32,723 nucleotides of DNA from a virus (Duplodnaviria > Caudoviricetes), in IMG/VR virus record IMGVR_UViG_3300007863_000008, positions 1-32,723 of that record, one strand, 5' to 3'. Under the pieces are notes generated by a model, which was given only the letters and a program-made list of their open reading frames with translations, did no database searches and was not told where the DNA came from. The translations under genes were made by a program, and so were the position numbers. Positions 13,515 through 24,386 of the stretch are shown here, one piece after another; position 1 is the first letter of the stretch, and each line of letters begins with the position of its first letter.

Positions 13515-15292
13515 AAAACTTAGACCTTAAAACATACAATGAGATTATTGAAAGCGCCTCTGAGTTAGTCGGTGGACAAGCAGTACAAGAAAGACAAGTT
13601 AGTAAAGCTCGTATTAAAGCTATTTTAAATGGTGGTAGTGAAGGCATGAGGTCTTTACTTGGTGATTCAATGAGTGCAGAAGATGCTGATTTGTTACCTG
13701 CACCAAACTTATTACAATCAGGTATTGATAGATTAGCTCAAAAAATATCTGGTGTACCACAAGTACGTGTAGATATTCTCAATGGTAATGAATCAGAAAG
13801 AGCTAAATTTCAAGCAGAAAAACTAGAACGAATAGTAACGTCTTATGATGCAACACAAAATCTAACTACACAGTTAGCACAAGCATCTAGATGGCTACCT
13901 GGTTATGGTTATTGTGCTTGGGTTATATCAACTAAAGTAGATAGCAATGGATTTGTATATCCTAGTGCTGAACTACGTGACCCTTATGATACATTTCCAG
14001 GAAACTTTGGACCTGACCAACAACCTAGAGAACTAGCAGTTCTTAGACGAGTGCCTAGATATAAACTTGCACAAATCTATCCAGAGTTTAAAGATGAAAT
14101 TATGAGAAAAGATGATGATGAAACAGGAGAAGATTATACACCTGTTCCTACAGAATTTATGAGTTATGATACAAACAATGCACAAGATTGGGAAGATAAC
14201 ACACGAGCTGGATTAAGAATAATAGAATATTATGACCAAGGTGGTACATACATAGTATTTCCTGAACGTAAATTAATTTTAGATTTTATACCAAACGTTC
14301 TTTCTACTCCACCGTTTGTGTTTATGAAACGTATTTCTTTCGACCAACTCAAAGGACAATATGACCATGTCATAGGTTTAATGGGTATGATGGCAAAAAT
14401 AAATATTATGTCTGCTATCGCTATGGAAGATGCAGTATTTACAGAAACAAACATTTCTGGTGAACTAGAATCTGGACAATATAGAAAAGGTAGATTTGCC
14501 GTTAACTATTTGTCACCAGGTACACAGGTCAGCAAACCACAAAATAACATGCCATATCAATTGTTCCAACAAGTGGATAGATTAGAAAGACAATTGAGGC
14601 TTGTTGGTGGTTATCCTGTTACTGATGATGCACAGTCACCTAATTCGTTTGTAACAGGAGCTGGTTTACAAGAACTTAATGGCGCTATGTCATTAATGAT
14701 AAACGAGTACAGAGAAATTATTAAAAACGCAATTGTTGAAATGGATGCTAAAAGATTAGAAATGGATGTTGTTCTAGCATACACAACAGGTGTAACAAAA
14801 AAACCTATGATAGGTTATATTAATGGTTCTGCTTTTTCTGAAAACTATCAACCATTAAAAGACATAGGTGGAGATTTAAGAACTAGACGTATCTATGGAG
14901 TAATGGCAGGATTTGATGAGCCACAAAAAATTGTAACTGGTTTGCAATTGTTACAAGCTGGTGTTATAGATACAGAAACATTACAAGATAACATAGATGG
15001 TTTAGAAAATATACAAAAAGTACAAGAACGTATTAGAAAAAATAAAGCAGAAGGTGTTTTGTTTGATTCAATATTATCTAGGTCAGCACAAGGTGACCCA
15101 CAAGCAACAATGGCAGCTATAGCAATCTACGAGCAACCGAATGCTATAACTGATATTATGAAACAGTTTTATACTCCTGAAGAACCTGGTATGACACCAG
15201 AACAAGAAGCAATGATTCAACAGCAAATGTTGGGTGGACAGGGCTTGCCACCACAAGCCCCACCATCCATTGCAGAAGCACTTGGTGGGTAA
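13505..15292 (+). CDS. portal protein
   Basis: Position directly after the terminase; 595 aa; PNLL...IDRLAQ, GYGY.AW and RDP..TFP patterns; Q/P-rich C-terminal tail as in podovirus portals. Confidence 0.82.
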   Translation: MGIENLDLKTYNEIIESASELVGGQAVQERQVSKARIKAILNGGSEGMRSLLGDSMSAEDADLLPAPNLLQSGIDRLAQKISGVPQVRVDILNGNESERAKFQAEKLERIVTSYDATQNLTTQLAQASRWLPGYGYCAWVISTKVDSNGFVYPSAELRDPYDTFPGNFGPDQQPRELAVLRRVPRYKLAQIYPEFKDEIMRKDDDETGEDYTPVPTEFMSYDTNNAQDWEDNTRAGLRIIEYYDQGGTYIVFPERKLILDFIPNVLSTPPFVFMKRISFDQLKGQYDHVIGLMGMMAKINIMSAIAMEDAVFTETNISGELESGQYRKGRFAVNYLSPGTQVSKPQNNMPYQLFQQVDRLERQLRLVGGYPVTDDAQSPNSFVTGAGLQELNGAMSLMINEYREIIKNAIVEMDAKRLEMDVVLAYTTGVTKKPMIGYINGSAFSENYQPLKDIGGDLRTRRIYGVMAGFDEPQKIVTGLQLLQAGVIDTETLQDNIDGLENIQKVQERIRKNKAEGVLFDSILSRSAQGDPQATMAAIAIYEQPNAITDIMKQFYTPEEPGMTPEQEAMIQQQMLGGQGLPPQAPPSIAEALGG

Positions 15293-15453
15293 TGGAAGAA
15301 TACGTAGAAAACGAATTTTGGGATATGGTATATAACGAATATGGTGTACAAGATGAATTTGATGTACTATCTGAAGATGTACAAAACATAATATATCCAG
15401 CAGAAGGTATTATTATTTTTATAACTAAAGATTTTTATAGAAAGGATACATAA
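15292..15453 (+). CDS. small acidic protein, 53 aa (MEEYVENEFWDMVYNEYG...)
   Basis: Hand-translated; TAATG-coupled at both ends, exactly filling the gap. Confidence 0.75.
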   Translation: MEEYVENEFWDMVYNEYGVQDEFDVLSEDVQNIIYPAEGIIIFITKDFYRKDT

Positions 15454-15869
15454 TGCCAGGGCGTGGAGGGTATAGAAAACCAACACCTACTGCTGATAAT
15501 GCAGTATCTGGTGATGGTGCTATGAGTAAAAGAACAGATGGAAATCCTTCTGCTCCTATTGCTGCTCCTGGAGGAGATTACGGTAGTAGACAAAAAATAG
15601 AAAAAGAAGTAGCTGCAACTGGTGGATTGCCTAGAGTTCAAAATTTACCAAATAGACAAATGCCTAATTTAAATGTAGCTAGACCTACTGAAAGAATAAA
15701 TGAATCATCTATTGAAGGTACAGCAATGAATGGTGGTTTAGGTATTACACAAGAAATTAAAACACAAGTAGATATATTACTAGATGTACTAGAACTCAAA
15801 AGTTCAAACCCTGCGTTAATAGCACAATTAAGAAATACTAGAAATACACAAAAACCTACAGCTTTGTAA
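15453..15869 (+). CDS. hypothetical virion-associated protein, 138 aa
   Basis: AGAAAGGA RBS; RGGYRKP...VSGDGAMSKRTDG...GGDYG...PTERxNE, Gly/Pro-rich; directly after the portal. Confidence 0.8.
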   Translation: MPGRGGYRKPTPTADNAVSGDGAMSKRTDGNPSAPIAAPGGDYGSRQKIEKEVAATGGLPRVQNLPNRQMPNLNVARPTERINESSIEGTAMNGGLGITQEIKTQVDILLDVLELKSSNPALIAQLRNTRNTQKPTAL

Positions 15870-18800
15870 TGAGTAATAATTACTTAGACCAAAAAAATCT
15901 AGCTAGATTAGCTGAGATTAATAAAACTCAAACAAAACAAATGGAACAATTTTTGTCCATGAATCCTAATTTTCAAAATAGATTTGAAACAATTAATAAT
16001 ATGTACAGTAATTTACCTTTAGATATTGTTATTGATTTATCTATGTTTAGTGAACAAGAACTACCAGTTGAATCAGAATCTATTGTTGCATTAAATAATA
16101 CAATTATAGAAGAACAAGCAATACAAGCAGCTAATGATTATCAACAATCTAAAGAAGATTATAGAGATAAAGATTACGCAGATAACATGACAATGAATTA
16201 TTTAGATGTGTTATCTTTTGGCGCAGTGTCATCATCATTGTATTGGGCGCAAAGAATAAGAACTGGTTTTGATAAGGATAATTATAATACTGAAGGTGGA
16301 ATTATAGACACTCCTATAGGAGCTATTGATGTAACTCCATCAGCACCTAACTTTGGTAAAACACAAACTCTTGTTTTATTAGCTGAAACTTTTAATGCAG
16401 CTTCAGAATTATTTGTTAAATATTCTCCTAGTTTTAGAAGTTCTATACAAAAACCTACTTTACGTAGAGATGAAGAAGGTAAAGCACGTGGAGAATTTGG
16501 TGTTGAAGTTGTACCTGGAAGTAAAGAATTTGAAGATTTAACTTTTATTGAAAAAAATGCTATGGCAATACCTGGAGTTAATCTATTAGTACCAGGTAAC
16601 AGAGCATTATTTAATGGACGTGTTTTAGCTTATGCACAACAAATGAATGCTTTAGATAGATTTATGGAAAGTGGTAAAACTAGAGAATTTGCACAACAGT
16701 ATGTTCCTATTGATTTTGCTAAATCTAAAATAAGTGATTTAGGTGTTGAAGGTAATTGGAAAGAAGAAACAAAACAGTGGGTGCGTTATGCAAAAGAAGC
16801 TCGTAAAGTTGGTGGTAGACCAGCTATAGCTCAAATTATGGAAGAAATATATAAAGGAAAACCTGTTAATTACAATAGAAAAAATAGAATAGTTGCTGAG
16901 TCTTTATTTGCTGAAGATAGTCCTGTAGTACAAGATATGGTAAACAAAGGTTATTCTTTTGAATTTTCTTCTAGAATGTTTTATGAAGATGTAGGTAAAC
17001 CAATTTATGGAAACGATGTAGCAGAAATACCATGGACAGCTATACAAACACCAAATGAAATTGAAGCGTTTGCTGGTAGACAATTTATATATACACCTGA
17101 AGCTGCAGAACAATATGAACAAACTCGTGTTAGAAATAACAACGAATTGTTTGGAGTAAAAATTCCTTATTCATCAGGAAGATATCAAGCTTCATTACTG
17201 TATGATGTTGGTTCTTCAGAATATAATCAGTTATCTGGATTTATAGATGGTGCTGAAAGAATAGTACCTGAATTAGTATTGCAAAAAGGTTTTTCTTTTG
17301 CTAGAAAACTAAAAAATTTAAGAACTGATGTTAATGCTTTATCTCGTATAGATGATGCTTCTTTATGGAGTCAAGATAAAAAAGTATCTATGATACAAGA
17401 TTTTGTCAAAAAAGAAAAAGTAAACCCTGTAACAAATGCACCTATTGAAAATGTTGATGAATTTTTACAAACTTTTGATTACAAAACAAATCTAAGAAAA
17501 TTTACACCTGATTTAAAAACAGATTTAAAAGATGCTAAAAGACAATCTGCAAAATATTTTAAAGATTATGGATTATTTGGAGGTAGAGCGCCAGGATTTT
17601 TAACAACTACTGGACCTAAGATTGTTAACAGATTAAATAAAAATGGAAACTTATCTAAATATGCAGCAGAAACTAGCGAATATAAAATAGCTACTGATGC
17701 ATTTTTAGGTAAATTTCCAGAAGCAGTACAAAAAGAAATTGTACGTATTAATAATGTAGACGAAATGTCTAAATTGTTTAACAAGATTTATAGTGATGCT
17801 GGTTTAACTTTACCAAAAATGTCTGACCCATTTAAACAAATGTCTAGTCCAATAAAAGGTTCTAATTATTTAACTGCAGGAATTAACACAGTTACAGGTA
17901 AAAATGTAAGTGTTCCTTCTTTTGGTAGTCTTATGGGTAGAACTGCTAATAAAGGTTTGCAGATTGCAGATAATGCAGTAAGAAAACCTGGTGCTATTTA
18001 TCGTTCTTTAAGACAACCACAAATAACTATGCAATTAACAGATGTTAATAAAACATTAGGTAAACAAGAATTTGCTAGATGGACTAAAACAGGACAACAA
18101 AGTCTCAGCAGAAACATGGGATTCTTTCACGAATTTACAGATGGTATGAGTCCATATTGGAAAAAATGGTTTTCTATACAACCTAGTGGTAATTTATCTT
18201 ATTCTAATAGAAGTAAAGCATACACAACATTAGTAAGACATTTAGCAAACATTGGTTATGGAGACAAACAAGCTTCAGAAGTTATTAGAGAATTTCATAA
18301 TATTAAAAAATGGAATGTACAAACTGTTAATGCTTTTGCAAGTAAGTTACGTCAACAAGACGTATTATACGTAACAGGTCGTAAAGGTACTGAAAGGTCT
18401 AAAATATTACAAAGAAGAATTGAAGATATGTTTAATGACGAAGGTCGTGTTAAAAATTATCTTATAGACCCAACAGGAAGACAAATAGATACACAATGGT
18501 CAGGTAGAAGTATCAGTGAAGAAGGAATTGTAAACTTTCATCCAACTATATCTAAAATGGGAGAAGCAGCAGATTCAGGTGCTGCATTAATAAACAACCG
18601 TGCTATACAAAGAACATTAGGTAGATTTTTTACAGATATGCCAGATGCTTTTATAAACAGTCAAGCAGATTTTGTAACACCAGAAGCGTTAGCTCAGATG
18701 GCTAAAAATATAAAAGAAGCTGGAATAAAAGGATTTTTTAAAGAACTAAAATTACCTTCAAGAAAAATTGAAGAAGATGTATTTACTTATATGGCTGATT

Positions 18801-21800
18801 TTTATACTAATCAGTTATTTAAACCTAAAGCTATTTTAAAACCTTCTTTGACTCAAAGAGTTTTACTTGAAGAACAACTTGGATTTTTTGTTCATCCTGA
18901 TTTAGATTCTGTATTTAGTCATCCAATTGATTTTATGAACTGGATTTATAGTTATGGACAATTACCTAAAAGAGCGCCTTTAAGAAAATTAATGGAACAA
19001 ATTGTTGAATCAGGCGAAGATGTTAATGAAATAACTATGGGTGTTTTATATAGAGATGCTTTACAAATAAACTTTGCTAAAAATGGATTTAATACAAGTA
19101 ATATGATAGATAAAAATAGTATTAACTATGTTCCTATAAGTGCAGATAATCCTAAAGTTTTAGGAGGATACATATTTGAGCATCTTAAATTAAGAAACAC
19201 TCCTATGAGTCGTGTAGTTGCTCGTTTAGGTTGGTCTGATGAATTAATGGAATGGGCAGATTCTACAACAGGGCTTATTACTGTTGATGGTATAGAAGTA
19301 CAGCTTCCTTCTGCAGCAAAATTAATACAAGAATTTATGGATAATTCAGGAGATACTTACGGAGATTTACGTAATAGAGATAAATTGATGGATTATTTAT
19401 CACAACTTGAAGCTGAAATAAGATTTAGAACTGGTATGCCTACACAAGAAGGTGTACATTATGGTAAATATTTATCTGGTCCAAAAGAAGGAACTAATTG
19501 GTTTGATAACTCTTTTGCATATACTGGTAATGCTACTTTGAGAGAATCTATTTGGACTGGTGTAATTAAATCAGGTGATAAAGAAATTGCATTAGCACCT
19601 TCTTATGATGATGTTTTTGCTAATTTTGGTAGTAGAAAACGTAAAAAAATGACAAATGCGTTTAAAGAACAAATTAATCTTGTAGATGAAGCAGGTGATA
19701 AGTTATTTGATTACGGTTCTGCATTAAGACCAGATACAGATGTTACTTGGAGAAAAGGTGAAGCTTTAGAAAAAATAGATTATATTGTTAATGCACAATT
19801 TGAATTTTTATTAACACAACCATTAGCAAGATTACATAGAGCGCCTGTATTTAAACAATATAGATGGTTAAGATTAACAAGTCATTTTGATACATTTACA
19901 CCTGCAGTACAAGCAGAATTTATTAAAGAAGCAGTTGCAGCTAAAATACCACAAAAAATAATTAATCAACTTAAAGGTATTAAAAAAATTAAAAGTGGTA
20001 CTAATGATAATTATGAATTATGGAGTAAAGAAGCTTCTTCTTATGCATTAGCAACAATGAAAGAAATTTTATACGATTCAAGTGAAAGACATAGATTTTC
20101 TGAAGTAACAAGAAATATATTCCCATTCCCTGAAATATATTTTGAATTAGGAAAAAGGTGGTCAAAACTTACTATGCAGAATCCATATTTTGTAAGAGAA
20201 GCTGGTTTAGTACCAAGAGTAGCTACATCTATGAATGGTGCATTTATTTATTCTGGTAATGGTGTTTTTCAAAAGAATGAACAAAATGGTGAAACAATGT
20301 TTGTTATGCCTGGTAGTAACTCATTTAATAACTTTTTATTTGGAGAAGATTCTAATTTTAATTTAGTTATGAAAGGATTTGCTAGTGGTATAAACATGAT
20401 TGCTAGTCAAGGTTTTCCTAATGTTACTCCTATGGCAGGTATAGGTGCTAAATGGGTATTTGATAAATTACCAGGAAGTGTTGAATTAACTGACGAATTT
20501 TTTGGAGACTTTCCTCCACCAGAAGGTTTTATGGATGCGTTAACTTTTGCAGATACACCTTGGTTAGAAAAAACTTATGCAGGACTAAAAGACAGTAAAT
20601 TTGGAATTGATTTGATAAGAGAAACATTTAGTGATACTTATTTAGATGAAGATTTAGAATTAAAAAATATGACTATGGATAGTGCTGTAGAAAATATGAG
20701 AGCTGATTCTACTATTACTGTATTTGATGGAATTAAATCTACACATAGTGAATTAAAATTGTTAGAAACAGGTGAATTAGATAAATATATTAAAGATATA
20801 TTTAAAGATTGGAATGGTGAAAGAGAATTATTTTTAGGTGGAGATGTAGATAATTACTACAATGAATATTTACAAACAGGGGGTAAAGCATTAGACGTAC
20901 CTGTAGGAGAACTTACACCTGCAGTATTAGATTTAGCTATTATGAGGTATTCTGCACATCAAGGTAGATGGTTAAATTTATTTAGAGGTGCTTCACAGTT
21001 TGGTTTTATTACAGGTGCAATGTTTGAGTTAACATTAAAAAACAATAATGGTAAATGGTTTGGAGTTACTACATTAGCCAAAGAACATAGAAACTTAGTA
21101 AATAAACATGGTGGAGATTATAGAGCAGCTGGTTTAGAATTTTTTAATACGTTTGGAATAGACCACGGATATTTAACACAAACTAAGAAAAAAAGAGAAG
21201 TTGAAACAGTTAGTTATGATGCTAAAACTATTCAATGGAAAAAAGATAACGCAGATAAATTAAAACGTTTTCAAAATACTTTGCAATATTTACAATTTGA
21301 TAATGTATTAGCTGAACCTTCTTGGCAAGATGTAGTAGACAAAGCAACTTTAAGACCTGATTTGTATCTTCCTAATGCAAACAATGCTGCAGCTTGGATA
21401 ATGAAAAGAAATTTTGATGACCAAGTTAATTCTAATACAAACTTAAGTGCTGATGAAAAACAATACATGAAAACTAATTATGCACTTGCGTTAATGGATA
21501 TAAAACCTGGATATAAAGCTGAGTTTGGTCAAACAGATACACCAAGCACTTCTACTAGATTTAAAGAAATGGTAGATGTATGGAGAACAGATTCATTTGC
21601 ACAAAGTACAGATGCAGGTAAAGGTTTTAAATATTTTTATGAATCAGCTTGGGTACAAGCAGAAGAAATTTCATTACAAGAAGGGTTTTCTAAAAATTAT
21701 TGGCGTATATCTGAATCTGATTTAGCTATTGTATTAAGAAAACAAGTAATTAAACAAGCATATTATACCATATCTCAGTATCCAGATTTTTATGTACCGT

Positions 21801-21937
21801 ATGTAGGAGTAATTTTGCGATTATTGTCAGATGATTCTGAGACTATGAACTATAATACAGACTTATATACAAGAAAAATAGATTCTGGAACACAAGATTT
21901 TGAACCAGAGTTAATAGATTATGAATTGGATAATTAA
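15869..21937 (+). CDS. very large putative internal virion / DNA-ejection protein, 2022 aa
   Basis: Size, no Cys seen, location in the structural operon, FPFP..YFE..RW segment like large phage polyvalent proteins. Function is inferred from context only. Confidence 0.6.
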   Translation: MSNNYLDQKNLARLAEINKTQTKQMEQFLSMNPNFQNRFETINNMYSNLPLDIVIDLSMFSEQELPVESESIVALNNTIIEEQAIQAANDYQQSKEDYRDKDYADNMTMNYLDVLSFGAVSSSLYWAQRIRTGFDKDNYNTEGGIIDTPIGAIDVTPSAPNFGKTQTLVLLAETFNAASELFVKYSPSFRSSIQKPTLRRDEEGKARGEFGVEVVPGSKEFEDLTFIEKNAMAIPGVNLLVPGNRALFNGRVLAYAQQMNALDRFMESGKTREFAQQYVPIDFAKSKISDLGVEGNWKEETKQWVRYAKEARKVGGRPAIAQIMEEIYKGKPVNYNRKNRIVAESLFAEDSPVVQDMVNKGYSFEFSSRMFYEDVGKPIYGNDVAEIPWTAIQTPNEIEAFAGRQFIYTPEAAEQYEQTRVRNNNELFGVKIPYSSGRYQASLLYDVGSSEYNQLSGFIDGAERIVPELVLQKGFSFARKLKNLRTDVNALSRIDDASLWSQDKKVSMIQDFVKKEKVNPVTNAPIENVDEFLQTFDYKTNLRKFTPDLKTDLKDAKRQSAKYFKDYGLFGGRAPGFLTTTGPKIVNRLNKNGNLSKYAAETSEYKIATDAFLGKFPEAVQKEIVRINNVDEMSKLFNKIYSDAGLTLPKMSDPFKQMSSPIKGSNYLTAGINTVTGKNVSVPSFGSLMGRTANKGLQIADNAVRKPGAIYRSLRQPQITMQLTDVNKTLGKQEFARWTKTGQQSLSRNMGFFHEFTDGMSPYWKKWFSIQPSGNLSYSNRSKAYTTLVRHLANIGYGDKQASEVIREFHNIKKWNVQTVNAFASKLRQQDVLYVTGRKGTERSKILQRRIEDMFNDEGRVKNYLIDPTGRQIDTQWSGRSISEEGIVNFHPTISKMGEAADSGAALINNRAIQRTLGRFFTDMPDAFINSQADFVTPEALAQMAKNIKEAGIKGFFKELKLPSRKIEEDVFTYMADFYTNQLFKPKAILKPSLTQRVLLEEQLGFFVHPDLDSVFSHPIDFMNWIYSYGQLPKRAPLRKLMEQIVESGEDVNEITMGVLYRDALQINFAKNGFNTSNMIDKNSINYVPISADNPKVLGGYIFEHLKLRNTPMSRVVARLGWSDELMEWADSTTGLITVDGIEVQLPSAAKLIQEFMDNSGDTYGDLRNRDKLMDYLSQLEAEIRFRTGMPTQEGVHYGKYLSGPKEGTNWFDNSFAYTGNATLRESIWTGVIKSGDKEIALAPSYDDVFANFGSRKRKKMTNAFKEQINLVDEAGDKLFDYGSALRPDTDVTWRKGEALEKIDYIVNAQFEFLLTQPLARLHRAPVFKQYRWLRLTSHFDTFTPAVQAEFIKEAVAAKIPQKIINQLKGIKKIKSGTNDNYELWSKEASSYALATMKEILYDSSERHRFSEVTRNIFPFPEIYFELGKRWSKLTMQNPYFVREAGLVPRVATSMNGAFIYSGNGVFQKNEQNGETMFVMPGSNSFNNFLFGEDSNFNLVMKGFASGINMIASQGFPNVTPMAGIGAKWVFDKLPGSVELTDEFFGDFPPPEGFMDALTFADTPWLEKTYAGLKDSKFGIDLIRETFSDTYLDEDLELKNMTMDSAVENMRADSTITVFDGIKSTHSELKLLETGELDKYIKDIFKDWNGERELFLGGDVDNYYNEYLQTGGKALDVPVGELTPAVLDLAIMRYSAHQGRWLNLFRGASQFGFITGAMFELTLKNNNGKWFGVTTLAKEHRNLVNKHGGDYRAAGLEFFNTFGIDHGYLTQTKKKREVETVSYDAKTIQWKKDNADKLKRFQNTLQYLQFDNVLAEPSWQDVVDKATLRPDLYLPNANNAAAWIMKRNFDDQVNSNTNLSADEKQYMKTNYALALMDIKPGYKAEFGQTDTPSTSTRFKEMVDVWRTDSFAQSTDAGKGFKYFYESAWVQAEEISLQEGFSKNYWRISESDLAIVLRKQVIKQAYYTISQYPDFYVPYVGVILRLLSDDSETMNYNTDLYTRKIDSGTQDFEPELIDYELDN

Positions 21938-23175
21938 TGGCGTTAACTGATATTGAAAGAAACGAGTTAGAAACTGCAATACAAGCACTAGGTGGTAATT
22001 TTGCAGATTTTACATTTTCAGAATTTAGTACAAACCCAACTAAATACGCTGGTAATACACAATTACGTTTGATACAACTAGATTTAGCAAGTAATGATAC
22101 TGCTGATGTTATTAAACAAAATGTCTTAGCAACTTTACAAGAGTTTAATGCTATGGATGTTGAAATTAAAACAGACCCTCAAGGCAATCCTTATGTTGGT
22201 GCTAAAGATTCTAGAGTTATTCCTAGACTAGATAAAGATGGTAATCCTTTGTTTCAAGATGGTAATCCAATGACTACTACTGTCAAAGAAGGTCAATTTT
22301 TTCCTTCTACTAATTTTGCTGATAGTTTTGTATCTACAATTAATCAAGACCAAAGTGCATTACAAGCTATACAAACTGCTGCAATTGATTCTGGACTTAT
22401 AACTGTAGAAGAATTAGGTAATGAAGTTAACGGTATTGGAGGAGTTGTTACTAATGCTTTAATAAATCAAACATTACAATACATAGATACTTCATATAAC
22501 AAATGGTATCCAGGTTCTATAGAAAGAACTAATTTTGAATCATTAGTAGATGACTCTAGAGGAAGTACTGAGTTTAGAAAAGATATAAATAGTTTTTATG
22601 GGGGTATACAGTTAGACCCACAAATACCTTTGAGTACAAAATACATTACAAGCAAAGAAATATTTGCTAATGGTTTGTTATCTTTCTTAGAAAATCAAGC
22701 AGATTTAGCAGAAGCAGAAGAAAACAAGTTTAATGTAGAAAGAGCATTACAAATTAAATCTGAAAATATTATGCCAAGTATGACAACATTAGCTGAAGAC
22801 TTTGAAGATTTTTATCAACAGCTTAACGGTAGACCAATAAGTGATGACTTAAAAGCAGAATTTATAGATAGTGTAGCTAAAGATTGGTCTCCTTATGTAG
22901 ATGCATTGATAGCACAAGATAAATTTATGAGAGCAGATGATGTTATGAAACAATATACAGGCACTGAAGCTTGGCAAAAAATGGGATTTGATAGTCCACA
23001 AATGGGTGGTTATGTAACATTTGAAGAATTAAGACCTGAATTTGATGTACAAAACCCTATTGCTGTTGTACAAGATAAAATTGAAGATAAAGCTGAAGCA
23101 CAAAATAAAATATCTGAAGAAGCTAAACGTATAGCAGATGCACAATACGCATATAATAAATACTTAGGAGGATAA
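21937..23175 (+). CDS. putative internal virion protein, 412 aa
   Basis: TAATG-coupled; acidic, helical-looking; context only. Confidence 0.55.
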   Translation: MALTDIERNELETAIQALGGNFADFTFSEFSTNPTKYAGNTQLRLIQLDLASNDTADVIKQNVLATLQEFNAMDVEIKTDPQGNPYVGAKDSRVIPRLDKDGNPLFQDGNPMTTTVKEGQFFPSTNFADSFVSTINQDQSALQAIQTAAIDSGLITVEELGNEVNGIGGVVTNALINQTLQYIDTSYNKWYPGSIERTNFESLVDDSRGSTEFRKDINSFYGGIQLDPQIPLSTKYITSKEIFANGLLSFLENQADLAEAEENKFNVERALQIKSENIMPSMTTLAEDFEDFYQQLNGRPISDDLKAEFIDSVAKDWSPYVDALIAQDKFMRADDVMKQYTGTEAWQKMGFDSPQMGGYVTFEELRPEFDVQNPIAVVQDKIEDKAEAQNKISEEAKRIADAQYAYNKYLGG

Positions 23176-24386
23176 TGGCTAAAAAAATAACATATGGTCC
23201 TATTGGTACAACACTTATACAAGTTGGTACTGACTTCTATTTAGGATACGAATACGATGGTGAGATATATTATTGGAGTATAGAAGAAAAAGATATACCA
23301 GCATTGTCTGAAATAGATACTGTAAGATACGACCAAAATGGAATACTTGCTAATCCTATAGAAGGTTTTCAATATATGCCTGTAACAGATTGGTCTGATT
23401 TAATTGAAGAAAAAAAAGTAATTAATGCAGGTTCATTAACAGATTTACAAGATTCTGATATGTCAATTGATTCAATGATAAACAAAATTGTAGAACGTGA
23501 AAGTACATTACCTTGGACAAAAGAAGATGCATATAAAGATTATGTTACTGAATTAATAATTGAAGACCCTACAAACTGGTTAGCTAACTTAGATGCTGAT
23601 ATGGATGATAAATTATTTGGTGAAACTGGTTTAATTACAGAATTAGGTTATTCACAAAATATGTACAATCGAGCAATAAAATATGAAAACGACCCTATAG
23701 GTAGAGACGAATTAGTAACAGATAGTATAATTGTTGTTAAAAATGTGTTGACTTCTTTACAAGCAAATTTAGATGAAAATACTATTGAATGGGTAGCTAA
23801 CAAATTAGCAAGTGCATCGTGGTCTCCAGAAAGAACAACTGCTGAATTAACTGCTGCAACTCAACCAGGATACAATTATCAAATGAGTTCAGATTTTCAA
23901 GATGTATTAAATAATGGTGTAGTTACACAAAGTAATTTAGGTGTAGATAAAGTACAACAACTTTTGGATACTTGGTTGCCTAAAGAATTACATCAACCAT
24001 ATTTAGATAGAATAAATGCAGAAGCTGGAAAATTAATTAATGATGCAACATATGAAGATACTTTTATAGAAAAGCTAAAAACCGAAAGATTTGCATTTAA
24101 TTCATCTTGGGATAAAGAAATAGCATGGTCTACAATATTAAATAATGGAATGACCTTAGCACAAAGTGTATGGGGAATTGTGCCAGAAAGTGATGATGCA
24201 GGTGTTTATGATATGTTACAAACTAATGATATAAACAAACAAAAAGAAATAGCTAGACAAATAGGTTTAGATAGAGGTTATCAAAAAACTTCAAATGATT
24301 TTTTTGATTCATTTAATGTAAGTATGGGAGGTAATGTTGTTAAAACGCAAGATTACAATATACGACAAGGAGTAGGTAATGGTTAA
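23175..24386 (+). CDS. putative internal virion protein, 403 aa
   Basis: AGGAGG RBS; coupled; context only. Confidence 0.55.
   Translation: MAKKITYGPIGTTLIQVGTDFYLGYEYDGEIYYWSIEEKDIPALSEIDTVRYDQNGILANPIEGFQYMPVTDWSDLIEEKKVINAGSLTDLQDSDMSIDSMINKIVERESTLPWTKEDAYKDYVTELIIEDPTNWLANLDADMDDKLFGETGLITELGYSQNMYNRAIKYENDPIGRDELVTDSIIVVKNVLTSLQANLDENTIEWVANKLASASWSPERTTAELTAATQPGYNYQMSSDFQDVLNNGVVTQSNLGVDKVQQLLDTWLPKELHQPYLDRINAEAGKLINDATYEDTFIEKLKTERFAFNSSWDKEIAWSTILNNGMTLAQSVWGIVPESDDAGVYDMLQTNDINKQKEIARQIGLDRGYQKTSNDFFDSFNVSMGGNVVKTQDYNIRQGVGNG

Noticed and set aside
15869-21937. Virion RNA polymerase or tape-measure protein
   Set aside because: No DxDxD or T7/N4-type polymerase motifs were seen, nor tape-measure repeats or siphovirus tail tube/chaperone genes.
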